A stretch of DNA of 64,000 nucleotides from the human T2T-CHM13v2.0 reference genome, Homo sapiens, in NCBI RefSeq assembly GCF_009914755.1, contig NC_060942.1; one strand, written 5' to 3'. How positions within the stretch are numbered: the stretch's first letter is position 1; each line of letters starts with the position of its first letter. The notes under the pieces are model-generated. The model did not search any database, had not been told where the DNA came from, and saw only the letters and a list, made by a program, of their open reading frames with translations. Positions 35,004 through 50,401 of the stretch are shown here, piece after piece. The translations under genes were made by a program, and so were the position numbers.

Positions 35004-35739
35004 AGTAAGGAAAATAACATACCATGTTTCCCTAACAGGAATATGCAACTGAAATCAAAATAATAAAGCAAAATAAAATACTTAAATATATAATTTAAGA
35101 AATCTTTCCTGAAATGAAAGAAGCCTTGCATCTAAAAATTAGACATTCATGCAATATGCAAAGCAAAGTTGGCTCAGAATGCTTCATAATAACAAGTTAA
35201 TGTAAATGTAAATTTAAATATGTAAAAATAGTTATTGCAATGCAAAGCAGGCCAGCCCCAAAGTTGGGGCTTGGCCCAGGAAGGTTCTTGGGTTTGCTCA
35301 AGAAAGAATACAAAAGCAAGCTGATGGTAGAAGAAAGCAGGTTTATTGAAGTGGCAGTGTACAGCAGAGTGGCTGCTCCTTGCAGAGAAGTGCTAACTCA
35401 CAGGCAGTGCACCCTGTGTGTATGGGCTATTGGCTAGCTGTATGTATACCCACTTTTAACTATATGGAAATTAATGGGCAAGGTATTTAGAAATCTCTGG
35501 AAAAGAGATGGTAACTTCCAGGTGTTGCCATGGCATTGGTAAACTGTCATGGTGCTGGTGACAGGATCTTATGCTGATGATCAATGAGGGCAACTAGAGG
35601 ATGCCTTTGGCACCATTTGTTGGTTTCAGTCAGTTTCTTCCTTTCGTCCTGTTAAGAACAGGAAATAAGTCCTGACAGTCTCCTACCTCATTCTCCCCTC
35701 AGAGATTATATACTCCTCTTTAATCTTAAAGGGTTGTAG

Positions 35740-36040
35740 AAGGGCAAAGGTCTGTCTTCTCTAACTGCTTCCTGATGATTTTATGAGGGTAGGTCCGGCC
35801 CAGCATTGGAGGAGTATAAACCTCTGGATAAGTGATCTAAGGGACCCAAAGGCAGGATGTCTGTTTTCCAGGTCAGAAAATGGGATACATTGGAAGCATT
35901 CTGCCAGCAGTGTCTTTGCATTGAATTGTTGTAATGTAGATAATACAAATTTTACTAAGAGTTTAAATAAGCAAGAGCTAATGATTAATACTAACAAGAT
36001 AGCTTGTTAAAGGTCCTAGAAAAGGTAAAAAACAAGAGAC
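35740..36040 (-). pseudogene. Gammaretroviral env TM and cytoplasmic-tail remnant
   Basis: FLPFLGPL followed (after a frameshift) by LVLIISSCLFKLLVKFVLSTLQQF, just upstream of the PPT. Confidence 0.75.
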
Positions 36041-36257
36041 TGACTAGAAATCCATTTACTGAATTCCAACAGCAGGTATAAAAGAGGTCTTTACCTGGGA
36101 AAAACTGTCTAGAACAGTGGGATAGAAAAATTACAATTAGAAAGAACAGAAAAATGTATGCTTTTATGCCTACTTACAGCATCATGTTACCATTTCTGAC
36201 TGAATGTTAATTATCTTAAATAGGTGTGGAGGTCTTCCACCTATCTACAGATGGAAG

Positions 36258-36386
36258 TATTCTGGACAAGTGTGCCCAGTTAGTGATCCCCAGAAGTTAA
36301 ACAGTAGTGGAAGTATTTAATAATATCTGATGAGGGCCTTCCCATTTTGGTTGAAATTAATCCTCAGGGGATACTTCTTTCCAAGT
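36258..36386 (-). pseudogene. Integrase C-terminal (GPY/F) remnant
   Basis: Hand translation TWKEVSPED*FQPKWEGPHQILLNTSTTV*LLGITNWAHLSRI. Confidence 0.8.
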
Positions 36387-37115
36387 TTATAGTAAGCCTA
36401 ATTCCCTGGATGAATGGGGGAATTGATTCTTTCCCTTGTGGGAGGAGGTAATATTTCATCTCATCTTTTCAAAGGGCCTTTTGAACCTGGCCTGAATTCC
36501 AAAATGGGGGGCATAGTGAAGCATGTCTGACTCCCTATTTCTTGTATTGTCTTAAGTTAGTTCTTCAGGTTTCTTATAGCCAATTAAATTTTCCAGGCCT
36601 TATGAGAATGGGGGTGGGAAGGCACTCATTAGCCCTTAAAACCTTTTTTAAGCAATATGAGAGTCAAAACTCAAAATGCAAAAATAAAGGTACACATCTC
36701 AAATAACCAAGAATATAGAATCAAGCTACATTGGAGAAAAAGATTGCTTTTATAGACCTCTAAGATAAAATATTTCAGCATCAGGCCATAACAATAGTTA
36801 GAATCGTAGCAGAAAAAAATTTCAGGAGCTGATGAAAAAGCTGAAATAGAGAGCTATCATCTCAGGCTTTCTCAATAAGTTGAGAAAACTTGTTTTAACA
36901 TAGGAGACCAATCTTTACAAAGACTATTATAAACATAAACAATTCCCTTTTAATTTCAGTCAACTTAATCATATGCAAAATTTCTTCACAAATTGCCCTT
37001 TACAAACATTATCACAACTTACACGGGTTATCTATGACATGCTTGGACTTTCTGACTTGTCCTATACTATCTCTTAATAACCAGTCGTTTTACTTTAGGA
37101 AAATAACTTCCCATA

Positions 37116-37492
37116 TGTATTAGTCCATTCTCATGCTGCTGTAAAGAACTTTTGAAGATTTGGTAATTTATAAAGGAAAGAGATTTAATTGACTCACAGT
37201 TTGGCATGGCTGGGAAAGCCTCAGGAAACTTACAATCATTGTAGAAAGGGAAGCAAACACATCCTTTCTCACAAGGCAGCAGCAAGGAGAAGCAGAATGA
37301 ACAAAAGGGAGAAAAGTGCCTTATAAAACCATCAGCTCTTGTGAGAATTCACTCACTATCACGAGAACAGCATGAGGGCAACCACCACCATGATTCAATT
37401 ACCTCCCTTCAGGTCCCTCCCACAACACATGCGGATTATGGGAACTACAATTCAAGGTGTGATTTGAGTGGGAATACAGCAAAGCTATGTCA
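37116..37492 (-). mobile_element. THE1C/D-like MaLR solo LTR inside the provirus
   Basis: TGTATTAGTCCATTCTCATGCTGCT...GGAACTACAATTCAAG...TCA. Confidence 0.88.
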
Positions 37493-40400
37493 TCAAAGAA
37501 AATTCTTTCTTATATAAAATTACTCTTTTCTTTGTATCTTTCCTTACCAAAAATACATCTTTATATCCACAAAATTTCTCTTCCCTACTTCACATTTCTT
37601 CACAGAAATTTCACATTTCTCTCCCCTACTCTGCCTGGTTTGATAATTAACCTTTTAAAGTCCATAATTTAAACAACCTTTGATAAAAGTTGAATTTGAC
37701 AAAATTGTTCTTTTTCTCAATAAAAACACATTGTCTTTGGCACATTTTATATGAACCAAGCAAACGAGAAATTCTAAATTGTCTTTTAGATGTTAGTATT
37801 TTATAGACAAGAAACATTTAACAATTAAAAAAAGAAGCTTTCCCATATAAAAATCCTCTCAAGTGTCAATGAGCCAGACACCCAGTAAGCATCCAAAACA
37901 ATTTAAAAATTTTAAATTACACAAAGAGTTCATCTATAAGTGTTTATCTCATTTCATTTACCTAATTCATCATTATTAATTTTTAGGAGTTTACTGAAAT
38001 TGTTTATGAAAAAATGCAATATTAGACAAAGCTAATAATCACTGAAAGTTATATCCTAGTTAATGATTTTTAAAGTCTAAACATTAGGTAAACTGCTAGG
38101 TACAACTCTTAAAGTTGAACATATGACTATTTTGTCAATAACTCAGAAGACTCAGCTGTCTTTATTGAGCCAACAATCTTAAATTAGCCTTATTTGTGTA
38201 ATTCTGAAGACATTTCTATTTTTATCAATAATTTTAAAATCAATTTTATTTATCCAAGATTCATGTAAACTTGAAAAGCATATGAACTTACTTAACTTAT
38301 AAGTATTCACTTACTTATAAGCCAATTTGATAGCATGCTAGACACAACACATAATACACGTACATACACACAAAAATATCTAAATGTGTATACATATACA
38401 CAAAGGTCCAATAGCATCTACCTCAGAATTCTAGTCATAAGATGGCAATATAAATTCACCACTTTATAAAAAATAGATGGATTTCAAATTATTTTTCACA
38501 AGATTAAGACCTGTCTACAAGGCTAAACTTTGTTTGCCTTGATAAGTGATCCAGGGAAAGCTACAGACCAGAACTTGTGTAAGGTAGTTTTCATGGTAAT
38601 TTTGATTTCAAATCTTCTTTTATCTCATGTTTTTTTAATGAAAGAAGAGAGGGAAGGGGTAAATAGAATTGCACAAAGGGTGCCCTGGAGTTCCCAAGCC
38701 AACAGAGAACTCACGCAGAAGTGGAGACACCAAAATGTTTAGGTGACCACTTGTCTGTTGCTGCAGGGAGTCATCTGTCAAGTTGGGAATCTGGAAACCC
38801 CAGAAAAAAAAAATGGACTTAAGCAAACCAGCAGTCTGGGGTGTAGGTGATTTCCTTCAATATCAAAGGCAGGGCAGGGGGAACACTCACCTGTCTGCAG
38901 GAGTCAAAATGACACTGACTAGTCTCCAACTTGGGGCCCTGGTAAAGGTCTCCCCTGGGTTTCCTTGATATGGGTGGGCTCATCTGTCATAAGGGGATCA
39001 ATGCATAGATGACTGACCTGCCAGCAAGAGCAGTGGGTCCCACATGAAGTGGCAGCACTGCAGCCACTTGCTTATTTGCTCAGTTCTGCCATTCTGCCAG
39101 GAAATAAGATGGCCCTGGAAAGAGTCTTTGGTTAATACACATCTCTGCAGTGTTGGCAGCTCTTTAGTATTAGTGTTCAGGTTACAGCTCTGTAGCTTCA
39201 ACTGCCACCTCATCATCTATTGCCATCTTACTGATTGCCAGATCACTGCCTCACCTGCTCTCTCACTTCTTGCTTTCTTGTTGACTCCATGTCGGGCACC
39301 AGATGATGCAGGACAGGAAAGCCCCAAAATTTGGGCTTAGCATGGGAGGATCCTTGGCTTTGCTCAGGAAAGGATTTAAGAGTGATCCAGCAGTGGATGA
39401 ATGTAGGTTTTTTGAAGGGGCAGTGTACAGCAGAGTAGCTACTCCATGCAGAGCAGGGAGCATGGAAAGTGCACCTAGAGTAGCAGCATACAGGCTGTTG
39501 GTTAGCTATATTTATATCCACTTTTAATTATACACAAATTAAGAGTTGGTTTATTCTGAAATCTCTAGAAAAGGCGTGGTAACTAATAGATGTTGCCATC
39601 GCATTCATAAACTGTCATGGCACTAGTGGGAGTTTCTTAGGCGGATGAGTATAAAAGGCTAATATAGTATGCCTTCAGCACCATTTACTGGTTTTGCCCA
39701 TTTTTCTTTTATTTCATCCTGTCATAACTGGAAAATAATAAATGCTGATCTCCTACATCAATTGGACTTCAGATATAAAGAATGTATTCTTTAGGCAACT
39801 ATACACACAAAAAGATCAAGACCTTCCCAAGGAAAACATTCACGAATGTGTCTGACTTCTCTACAGTAATAATCAATGCAGAGGTCATGAATACTGCCCA
39901 CAAGTACTGTAGGAGGGTAATGGGCGGCCCCATATTTTTATGTCCCAATAAACTCTTTCTCAAGGATAAAGCCTATTGTTCTGAACATAAAATAAATGAA
40001 GAAATATTGCTCAGAGTTTCCAGAGATTCCTGGAAGGTGAATGCAAAATAACTGCCACATCAAAACAAAAACTTAGATGGAAAAATGAGTGATAGAATAC
40101 AATTTTGAATGCCAGCTATTTATGAATGTAGAAATGACACAGCTAACAAAAATGGGGGAAGAAGTTTAAAAGATGAAAAGTGGAATAAGCCTTTTCATTG
40201 CCTCATTTATAATAAGCAAAACTCAAAGACCCCACTAGAAACTAATAAAATAAGTATTAGACTTTAAAGCATATTTAAAAATACAAAGGAAAATACTAAA
40301 AAAGATGATTTATAGAATGGATTGGGAAGGAAAGTAGGAAGCATTAAAAATAGGATAAAAGCTCATTTCAGGTTGTTCATTCTAAGAAACAAAAGGATAC

Positions 40401-43099
40401 TACCTAAAAAAATAGAAGCTAAGGACATTATATGAAGATGACCAGTAGCCTAAAAAAAACTTTCTGAATTTCAGAATAACTGAGGAACAAAAAAATTTGT
40501 AGTAAAAGACTTTAATATATTTTAAAACAATACACATGATAGAAAAGAACACAACTTTTTTCATATCTATCTATAGATAATCTCACATAACTCCTTACTG
40601 ATTGGATCACAAAACGAAATCTCAATCTATTTCATAGAACAAAAAGTATCCCTAAAGTAAAATTGTTAAGCAACAAAAATAATAAAGAATTTAAAAGTGT
40701 AGATAGATATGACAAAAGTTCTACTAGGTAAATAAAAAGAAAAAGAAAAAAAAGAAATTATGTTTTTCAAATTAGAGAAAGTAGAATACAGACAAAAACA
40801 CAGAAAATGAGATGAAGGTATAATTTTTAGTTTATCACATTTATTAATATGAATACAGCACATAGCAAAGCAGAAACTTTCATAAAGAAAAGGAAACAAA
40901 ACAAATCACATAAAAAAAACAAAGTAAGATTTTTTTTTTCAATCCAGGACATATCAACTGGACAAAATTCAACTAAGGGTATAGAAGCCTTAAATGACAC
41001 AGTAAATAAGATGTATTTGGTCAATGTGTATACTAAATACTAAACCATCATATTAAAGAACACACCACTCCTTCAAATGACAAAAGAACATTCTCAAAAT
41101 CCTATCAAATATTAGATTACAATAAAATAATAATAAAATCCAATGTGTTAAAATAATGAAGACCATTGATTCTGTTCTTGATGCAATAAAATAAAAAATC
41201 TATTACATAATGAGAAATTAATTTCAAAAAGGACCTATCATTAGGAAATGGGGGACTTCTCATAAACAACACTTTGTCAATGAGAAAATTAAAAATGGAA
41301 ACCTAAAAGTTTTGCATAAAATATACTGAAATCATTAAGTAATAAAACTTGCAGGTTTTAGCCAAAAAATTATACAACAGAGAAAAATGTATATGTTAAT
41401 AACAATAATATTTTGACAAAAAAGTCACTACCTTTTATATTTATATAACTAACTTTCAATTTTATTATTTATATGAAGCACTCATACTCTATGCTCCTTG
41501 AATATTAGAATCAACTGGGAAAGTTTTTAAAAATATATTAATATCTGGCTCCCAGTGCTAGTAGTTTGGTTTGATGTAACTCTACAACAATAAAAATAAA
41601 TTTCAAATGGAGTAAATCTTATGAAGAAGAAATATTGCTAAAATATCTGTACTATCCAAAGCAATTTACAGATTTAATAAAATCCATGTCAAACTACCAA
41701 TAACATTCTTCACAGAAATAGAAAAAAATCCTAAAATACATATGAAACCAAAAAAGCAATCCTGAGAAAAAAGGATAAAAGCTTAAGTTACATTCCCTGA
41801 CTTAAATTCTACTACAAAGAGCCATAATAACCAAAACAGCATGATACTTGCATAAAAACATATAAACCAAAGGAACAGAATAGACAGAAATCCATCCACA
41901 CATTTACAGTCAATTCATTTTTCACCATGTCACCAAGAACATACACTGAAGAAAGGACAGTCTTCAATAAATGATGCTAGGAAAACTGGATATCCATATG
42001 TAGAAGAATGAAACTAGAACCCTATTTCTCACCCTACAAAAAGTCAAATTAAAATGGATTAAAGATTTAACTGTAAAACTTGAAACTATGAAACTACTTT
42101 TAAAAATTGGGGAAATGCTTCAGGACATTGATTTGGGCAAAGATTTCTTGAGTAAGTCTTCAAAAGCACAGTCAACCAAAGCCAAAATTTAAAAATGGAA
42201 TCACATGAAGCTAAAAAGCTTCTACACAGCAGAGAAACCAATCAAGAAAGTAAAGAGGCAGCCTGCAGAATGGGAGAAAATATTTTCAAACTATTCAGCT
42301 AACAAGGATTAACAACCAGAATATATAATGAAATCAAACAACCCAATAGCAATAAAAACAAATAATGTAATTTAAAAATGGACAAAAAAATCTGATTGGC
42401 CATTTCTCAAAAGAAGACACACCAATAGCTAACACGTATATGAAAAACTTGCTCAAAATCATCAATTATCATGGAAATGTAAATCAAAACCACAGTAAAA
42501 TATCATCATACCCCAGTTAGAGTGGCTATTAACAAAAAGACAGAAGATAGCAAATTTTGGTGTGGATGAGGAGAAACAGGAACTCTCATACACTGTTGGT
42601 GGAAATGTAAATTAGTACAGCCATTATGTTACATAATATGGATGTTTCTTAAAAATATAAAAATATAACTAACAGATGATCCAGCAATCCCATTGCTGAG
42701 TATATATCCAAAGAATGAAAATCAGTATATCAAAGAAATATTTGCACTTCCATGTTTAGTGTAGTGCTAGTCACAATAGCCAAGATATGGAATCATTCTA
42801 TGTATCCATCAATGGATGAATGGATAAAGAAAATGTATGTAGCATATATGCACAATGTAATATTATTCTGCCATTAAAAAAGAATGGATGGCACTGGAAG
42901 ACATTATGCTAAGTGCAATAAGTCAGGAACAGAAAGACAAATATCACATGTTCTCACTCATATGTGGGAGCTAAAAAAAAAATTATTATAATTACCACCA
43001 TTATAAATGGTGGTTACCAGAGGTTGAGAAGTGTAGTGGGGGGCATTAGGGGGGTTATAGAAGTATTAGTTAATAGGTACAAACATAGTAAGATAGAAG

Positions 43100-44130
<1,031 letters not shown>

Positions 44131-46179
44131 GAAAAAATAAGATCTAGTGTCCAGTAGCACAATTGGACAACAATAGCTAATAATAATTTATTGTATATAA
44201 CAACAATTTATTGTATAATTCAAAATTTAAAAATATATTATTAAAAATAAATGCAAACACATTTTTTAGAAAAAATATAGGGTATCTCAGTTACCTCAAG
44301 GTAGCATATGATATTTCTAAACAATATAAAAAATGGCAAGTCCAGAAGGAAGAAATTGATAATTTGACAAACACATAACAAATTTTAAGGTTTTTAAAAT
44401 AAATAGTAAATCCCAACAGAAATGGTCAATAATAGTGGACTATTTAAATAAATTATGTATAAATATGCATGTATACTTATACATATATAAGAAATTAAGA
44501 GCCCATTAAAAGTGACTCATTAAAATACTGTGAAAAGTGCTCATTAATGTTTAAATACTCAGAAATAATATTATGTGAAAAATTTTAAAGATACAGATAT
44601 ATAAATTATAATCCTAATTCTTAAAATGCACACCTATGTGCATATACACATGATTAAAAAAAAGAGTAATACCAAAATTAGTTCAGGGTTGATTTTCAGT
44701 TAATGAAATGTGTGCTTGTTCTTTTATTTTTTATCTTGTTTAGTTTTTTACTATATTATTTTATCCAAATTTTAAAACTATGTACATATGAAAATGTGAG
44801 CAGCTTCAGATGCAGTGAACCAGTTCCACTTTGGCTCCAACCAGACAAACCATGTCACCATACGATTAGATAAACCCAGATGCTGCCTACATACATGTGG
44901 ATTCTCATATTCATGAATTTGAGCCTCTGCTCTGCCAAGTGGGCAGTAAATTGTCATATAGAAGACAGCCTGAAAGGAAGTGTATTCCAGTAGATAGAAT
45001 TAAACACCATAATGACAAGAATATGAATTATCTTCATAATGTAGTAACTTCCTTTCTGTTCAACTTTGAAAAAGTAATTGAACTTGTGTGTTTCAGTCTC
45101 CGTTAAATTGATGATAATAATCTTTCTTTGTTAACAAAGTGCTTTGAAATCACTGTGTGACATGTAATATATTACCAGAAAGTATTCTTATTTCACCCTG
45201 CATTGTAACCTCTCAGGAAAAGGATCTATGCATCATTGTGAGTATTTCAATGTACAATGTTGGCAAAAAAATGAGGATATGATTGAGAATGATACAAAAA
45301 ACACTGTAATGCTCTTCTGTAAGTCAGTGTTATGAACTCACCTTGAATGTTGAATTGACTAATAGTACGTTTACATCAATGGAATGACAAATGTAAGGAA
45401 GTTTCAGAGAACACATAATGAGACCCTATTTGTGAAGGAGGCAGAGATAAATAGAGGGTAAGAGAACTTAGTATGCAAAAATAGGACTGTAGTTCAAGAG
45501 AAGAAACAGAATTACAGGAATTACACAGAAGTAAAGAGAAAGAAGGCCTATTTCTCTCTTATGAAGACTTGAAGTTTAATTGAGTGACTTACAGTGTAAA
45601 TAAATGAAGGTACCATTTTAACAAATTAGTTCTCAACTTATTATTGAATTCATTATCCAAGTGATGGTAGAGAGAAAAACATACATTGTTTAAAGATAGC
45701 TTAAAGCATAGTAGCTCTTATAAATTTGTATGTATATGTACTTGAATTGCTAACACTACAAGTGTCCCTTTTTGACATGAATGGCAATGGGGCAGAGTCG
45801 TGTTTTTATCAAGTCATTAATTGCTTTGGTGCTTCCCTTGTAGAGAATGCCTCTGGTCCCAGAAAACCATGAAACTAAGCAGAAACATGTTCCTGAATTA
45901 ATTAATATTCTTTTTCCAATGTAAAAGGAACAAAACAAAAGGAATAAAATAAAAGTACTTATTTATCATATATGATAACATAGAAATAACAATACAAGAT
46001 AATACATCTGAATAAGATTTGTAGGCCTTAATATAGTATATAATATTTATAATCTCTTTCTAAAACAGAAAATCGTATATTTTTCTCACTTAAGAAAGAT
46101 GTACCCATGATCATGAACCCGCAACATTGCAATCATTTGGAAATATTCAGGAAATAACATTTCCTTCTTGTTGGTTTGT

Positions 46180-46430
46180 GGGTGGCATATAGTGTGACAT
46201 ACTAGCAGAGTAAAATCTGATAGATTTGGCCTCAAATTCATCCCATCATTTGCTAGCAATCAAGTTTCAGAATTTTTCTAGATCTCTGTTACCTCAAACA
46301 TAATATAGAAACAAGAAACCAAATTTAAAATCTTCTTGGAGATGTAAATGAGAAAAATGCAGGTATAAATGGCCAGCAAAAATTGAAGCAGTTAAGATCA
46401 GTCAATAAAGATCAGATTCATCATCAATTA
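46180..46430 (+). mobile_element. MIR relic
   Basis: CTCTGTTACCTCA...GAGATGTAAATGAGA...CAATAAA. Confidence 0.5.
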
Positions 46431-47129
46431 GGGGCTTTGGATATTAACCATTCATCATTATTTCAGTAATATTTAGCAAACCACAACATTTTTTAAAATC
46501 ATTTTTCCCATATGTGTCATTAGGATAATAGTCACTTCATACTGTTCTGAGAAGAGATTATAGCAAATTAATCAAGGGTCATACCTTTCTTCCCACCTGC
46601 ATTCTTCACTAGTTGCACCATTAAAGACAACACCACCAGGTTGAACGTTTACAGACTGAATTCATCACCAAGGGGTTAAATGCTCAATCTGCTTTGGTTA
46701 TTTTAATGTCTGAAATAATAAGATTTGGCAGTTTTACAAAAGTAAACGATATGAACCATTGAATGTTGATATAGAGTTTAGTGATCAACTTTTATATAAA
46801 AATTTATATTGAACTGACATATTTTTCCAACATTGTGTTTTATTTTTTACACTTCTATAGTTGAAGAAATAAAAATAACATTTTGAGCAAAATGTGTGGG
46901 ATGGCCAGAAATTTGTTCTTAGAACCATGAACAAAGTTGAGCAATTATTTTGGCTACCACACGAGATATTAATTGACTAATTGACCATCAAAATATGTTA
47001 TTCAGGGATTATTTGGATTTGGTCCATGGTGGGGAAAGGTACTGGGATGTCACAGGAAAGTTTGAGGAACTTTCTAGAACTCTCCTTTCTTATTTTAGCT
47101 AAAATCATTTCAAACAGGAAAACTATCTC

Positions 47130-47622
47130 TTTTACCAAAATCTCAGAGGGCTGGTCTAAGTCCTGCTGCTTACCACACAGAAAGCCAATCACAGAGATAA
47201 CAATTATTGCCAGGGAAGAAGGCTTTAATTGGGTGCTGCAGCTGAGGAGAAGGGAGATCAGTCTCAAATTCATCTCCTTGACTAAAATTAGGGGTTTATA
47301 TAGCAGGGAAGAAATGTAACCATGTATGGGAAAACAGGAATTAGGGAGAAGTAAGGAAGAGGAGTTGGTCAACAGGAAACAGGTGGTTGGATAGGCAATC
47401 ATGGTGAGTGAGGGGTCTGGCTTCTTATTGTCCAGATGTGGTGATCTGGTAAGTTTTAGCTCCTTAATACTATCTGGGAGCCCTGATGGGTGATTTCGTG
47501 AGAAAGGAACTCAGAAAAGACAAATGCAACTTTCTCAAGTTTTAACACTGGGAAGATCAGTTTCTATGTTTATTAAAAGAAGCCATAAATACAAGTTCTA
47601 TGGGACAACTGGGTGGGTTTCA
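47130..47622 (-). mobile_element. LOR1a-like ERV1 solo LTR
   Basis: Minus strand starts TGAAACCCACCCAGTTGTCCCATAGAAC; perfect TSD TCTC. Confidence 0.82.
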
Positions 47623-48023
47623 TCTCTATCTTAGCAGCATGTTGCATTTTGAAGTTCAGCAATTCCTCCTGGAGCATCTAATTCAGATCATTGATTTAAA
47701 AATAAACACTTGAATTGTTATGAAATGAAAATTATTCTTTAAAAGAGATGAGCAGATGGATTGTTTGTTAATTACCAAGCACTGTGTCATGCAGTTAAGG
47801 TGAGACTGTGTGTCACTTAAATCTTTTTTCTGTCCCAACAGAATGTATCACACAGGGGAAAGGCATAGTGTAAACGACTGCTCTGTGCATTGGTATATAC
47901 AAGATCAGCAGAGTTGTAAGAAATAAGTGGACTCCTTATAAGTTGTATAGGGTCATCTTCCTCTATCATACTACTTATGGATTGCTATTTCACACCATAT
48001 GGATTTGCTCTGAGCCAAAAGAA

Positions 48024-48184
48024 TTTTATTTTTATTTTCATATTTATTTAGAGACAGAGTTTTACTCTGTCTCTCAGGCTGGAGTTCAGTGGCATTATCA
48101 TAGCTCACTGTAACCTGAAACTAACTCTTGGGCTCAAGTAATCTTCCCACCTCCCAAAGCCCAGGTGTGAGCCACTGTGCTCTC
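48024..48184 (-). mobile_element. Monomeric or deleted AluJ (FRAM/FLAM-like)
   Basis: GAGACAGAG...ATAGCTCACTG...GGGCTCAAG...GTGAGCCACTG, ~135 bp. Confidence 0.8.
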
Positions 48185-48248
48185 AAAAACATTTTAATGT
48201 AGGCAGCAATCCATATTTGCTTCTCTGGGGTCTTAATCGCCACATTTT

Positions 48249-48250
<2 letters not shown>

Positions 48251-48285
<35 letters not shown>
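48251..48285. repeat. Pure T35 homopolymer
   Basis: Directly visible. Confidence 0.95.
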
Positions 48286-48288
<3 letters not shown>

Positions 48289-48734
48289 GTGGATCTCTTT
48301 CCAATTGTGCACACTTCTCTGTTCAGAAGAAAAATCAGTGCAAAGAGAATGGCATTATTGCAAAAATTAAAAAAAAAACACTCTCCAAACTAACTTAAAG
48401 AGCTTCATATTAGCACTCTAAATAAAGGTTTTTTAGGATTACCAAGATTTTAAGCTGCACAGGTTGTGAAGTAGATAACTACCAATACAACTGGATTTTA
48501 TTGGTAACAAAAGTTGTCCCAATACAACCATTTTTCTAAAATTTCTAACATAATTTCTCTTATTAAGTCACTATGCCATTATATTACCTGGGTAAGATCA
48601 CTGCTTATTTAACATATTTGCAGAAACTAGTGTCCTGGTTTTCAGGCAGAGGACCGGATGGCTGCAAGTGAAAGCATCTGAGAAGAAACTCATAAAGTTA
48701 CTGGTAGGAAACAAAATTTAAAAAAAGAAAGTTT

Positions 48735-48859
48735 AATTCAGGGGACCCAAGGGGTACATGCATAGGTTTGTTACATGGCTATATAGTGTAATGATGAGGT
48801 TTGGGTTTCAATTATATTCATCACCCAAATAATGGACATTGTACTCAGTAGGTAATTTT
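48735..48859 (-). mobile_element. Short old L1PA/L1PB 3'-end fragment
   Basis: GGGGTACATGCATAGGTTTGTTACATGG...GAGGTTTGGG...CATCACCCAAATA. Confidence 0.75.
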
Positions 48860-49484
48860 GTGGAGAAAAAGAGAGAGGTTTTAGACAACTCAGACCGTGT
48901 GCGAATATTTGAGTAGTGTTACAAAAAGAAAATTAGCCCTGTTTGCTGTCTCTGAAAGGCAAATGAAAATGACTCAAGGAAAAGTGGTCATATTTTATGC
49001 AATTCAGGCATATTCCTTTAAAAAAATAACAGCTATGATTTCTGGCTACAGTAATTGACAGTCCACCTTTTTTCTCTCAAATAATTTAAAATTTGGTTAA
49101 ATTCACAAGCATATACAGAGTTAAAACTAATGATTTAAAAGCAACATAAGAAATTTATACGTTTCACTCCATAATTAATGACTAAATGGAAAAATGTTAC
49201 TCTACTTGCAAAACTGTAACACCTAATGTATGAATTTTCTTCAAAAAGAAATTATCTAATTTTCTGCATACACCAGAGGGTGCCCTCCAATTAAATTCCC
49301 TCTGACACTAACTACTTAGAGTTAGTGCACACCCCACAGATGAAGGGCTGAGGTCCAAATGACTGCCCCCTTACTTCGGGAGCCAATCACAAGCAGAGGG
49401 TCTCCATGTTGCTCACACTTCTTTCCAATTTGGCAACAAATTGAAGGTTCCTACAACCCCCTCCTGGGGTCCGATAATTTTCTA

Positions 49485-50401
<917 letters not shown>

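Larger units (their letters stand above)
35238..39760 (-). mobile_element. Internally deleted MER66-type ERV1 provirus with two LTRs
   Basis: LTRs 39304-39760 (5') and 35238-35690 (3'); TSD ATTG (35234-35237/39761-39764); PBS-like TGGTGCCCGACATGGAGT at 39301-39284; PPT GAGGGGAGAA at 35700-35691. Confidence 0.88.

Noticed and set aside
46981-47402. ORFs of 112 and 134 aa
   Set aside because: Mostly within the LOR1a-like LTR; no domain recognised.
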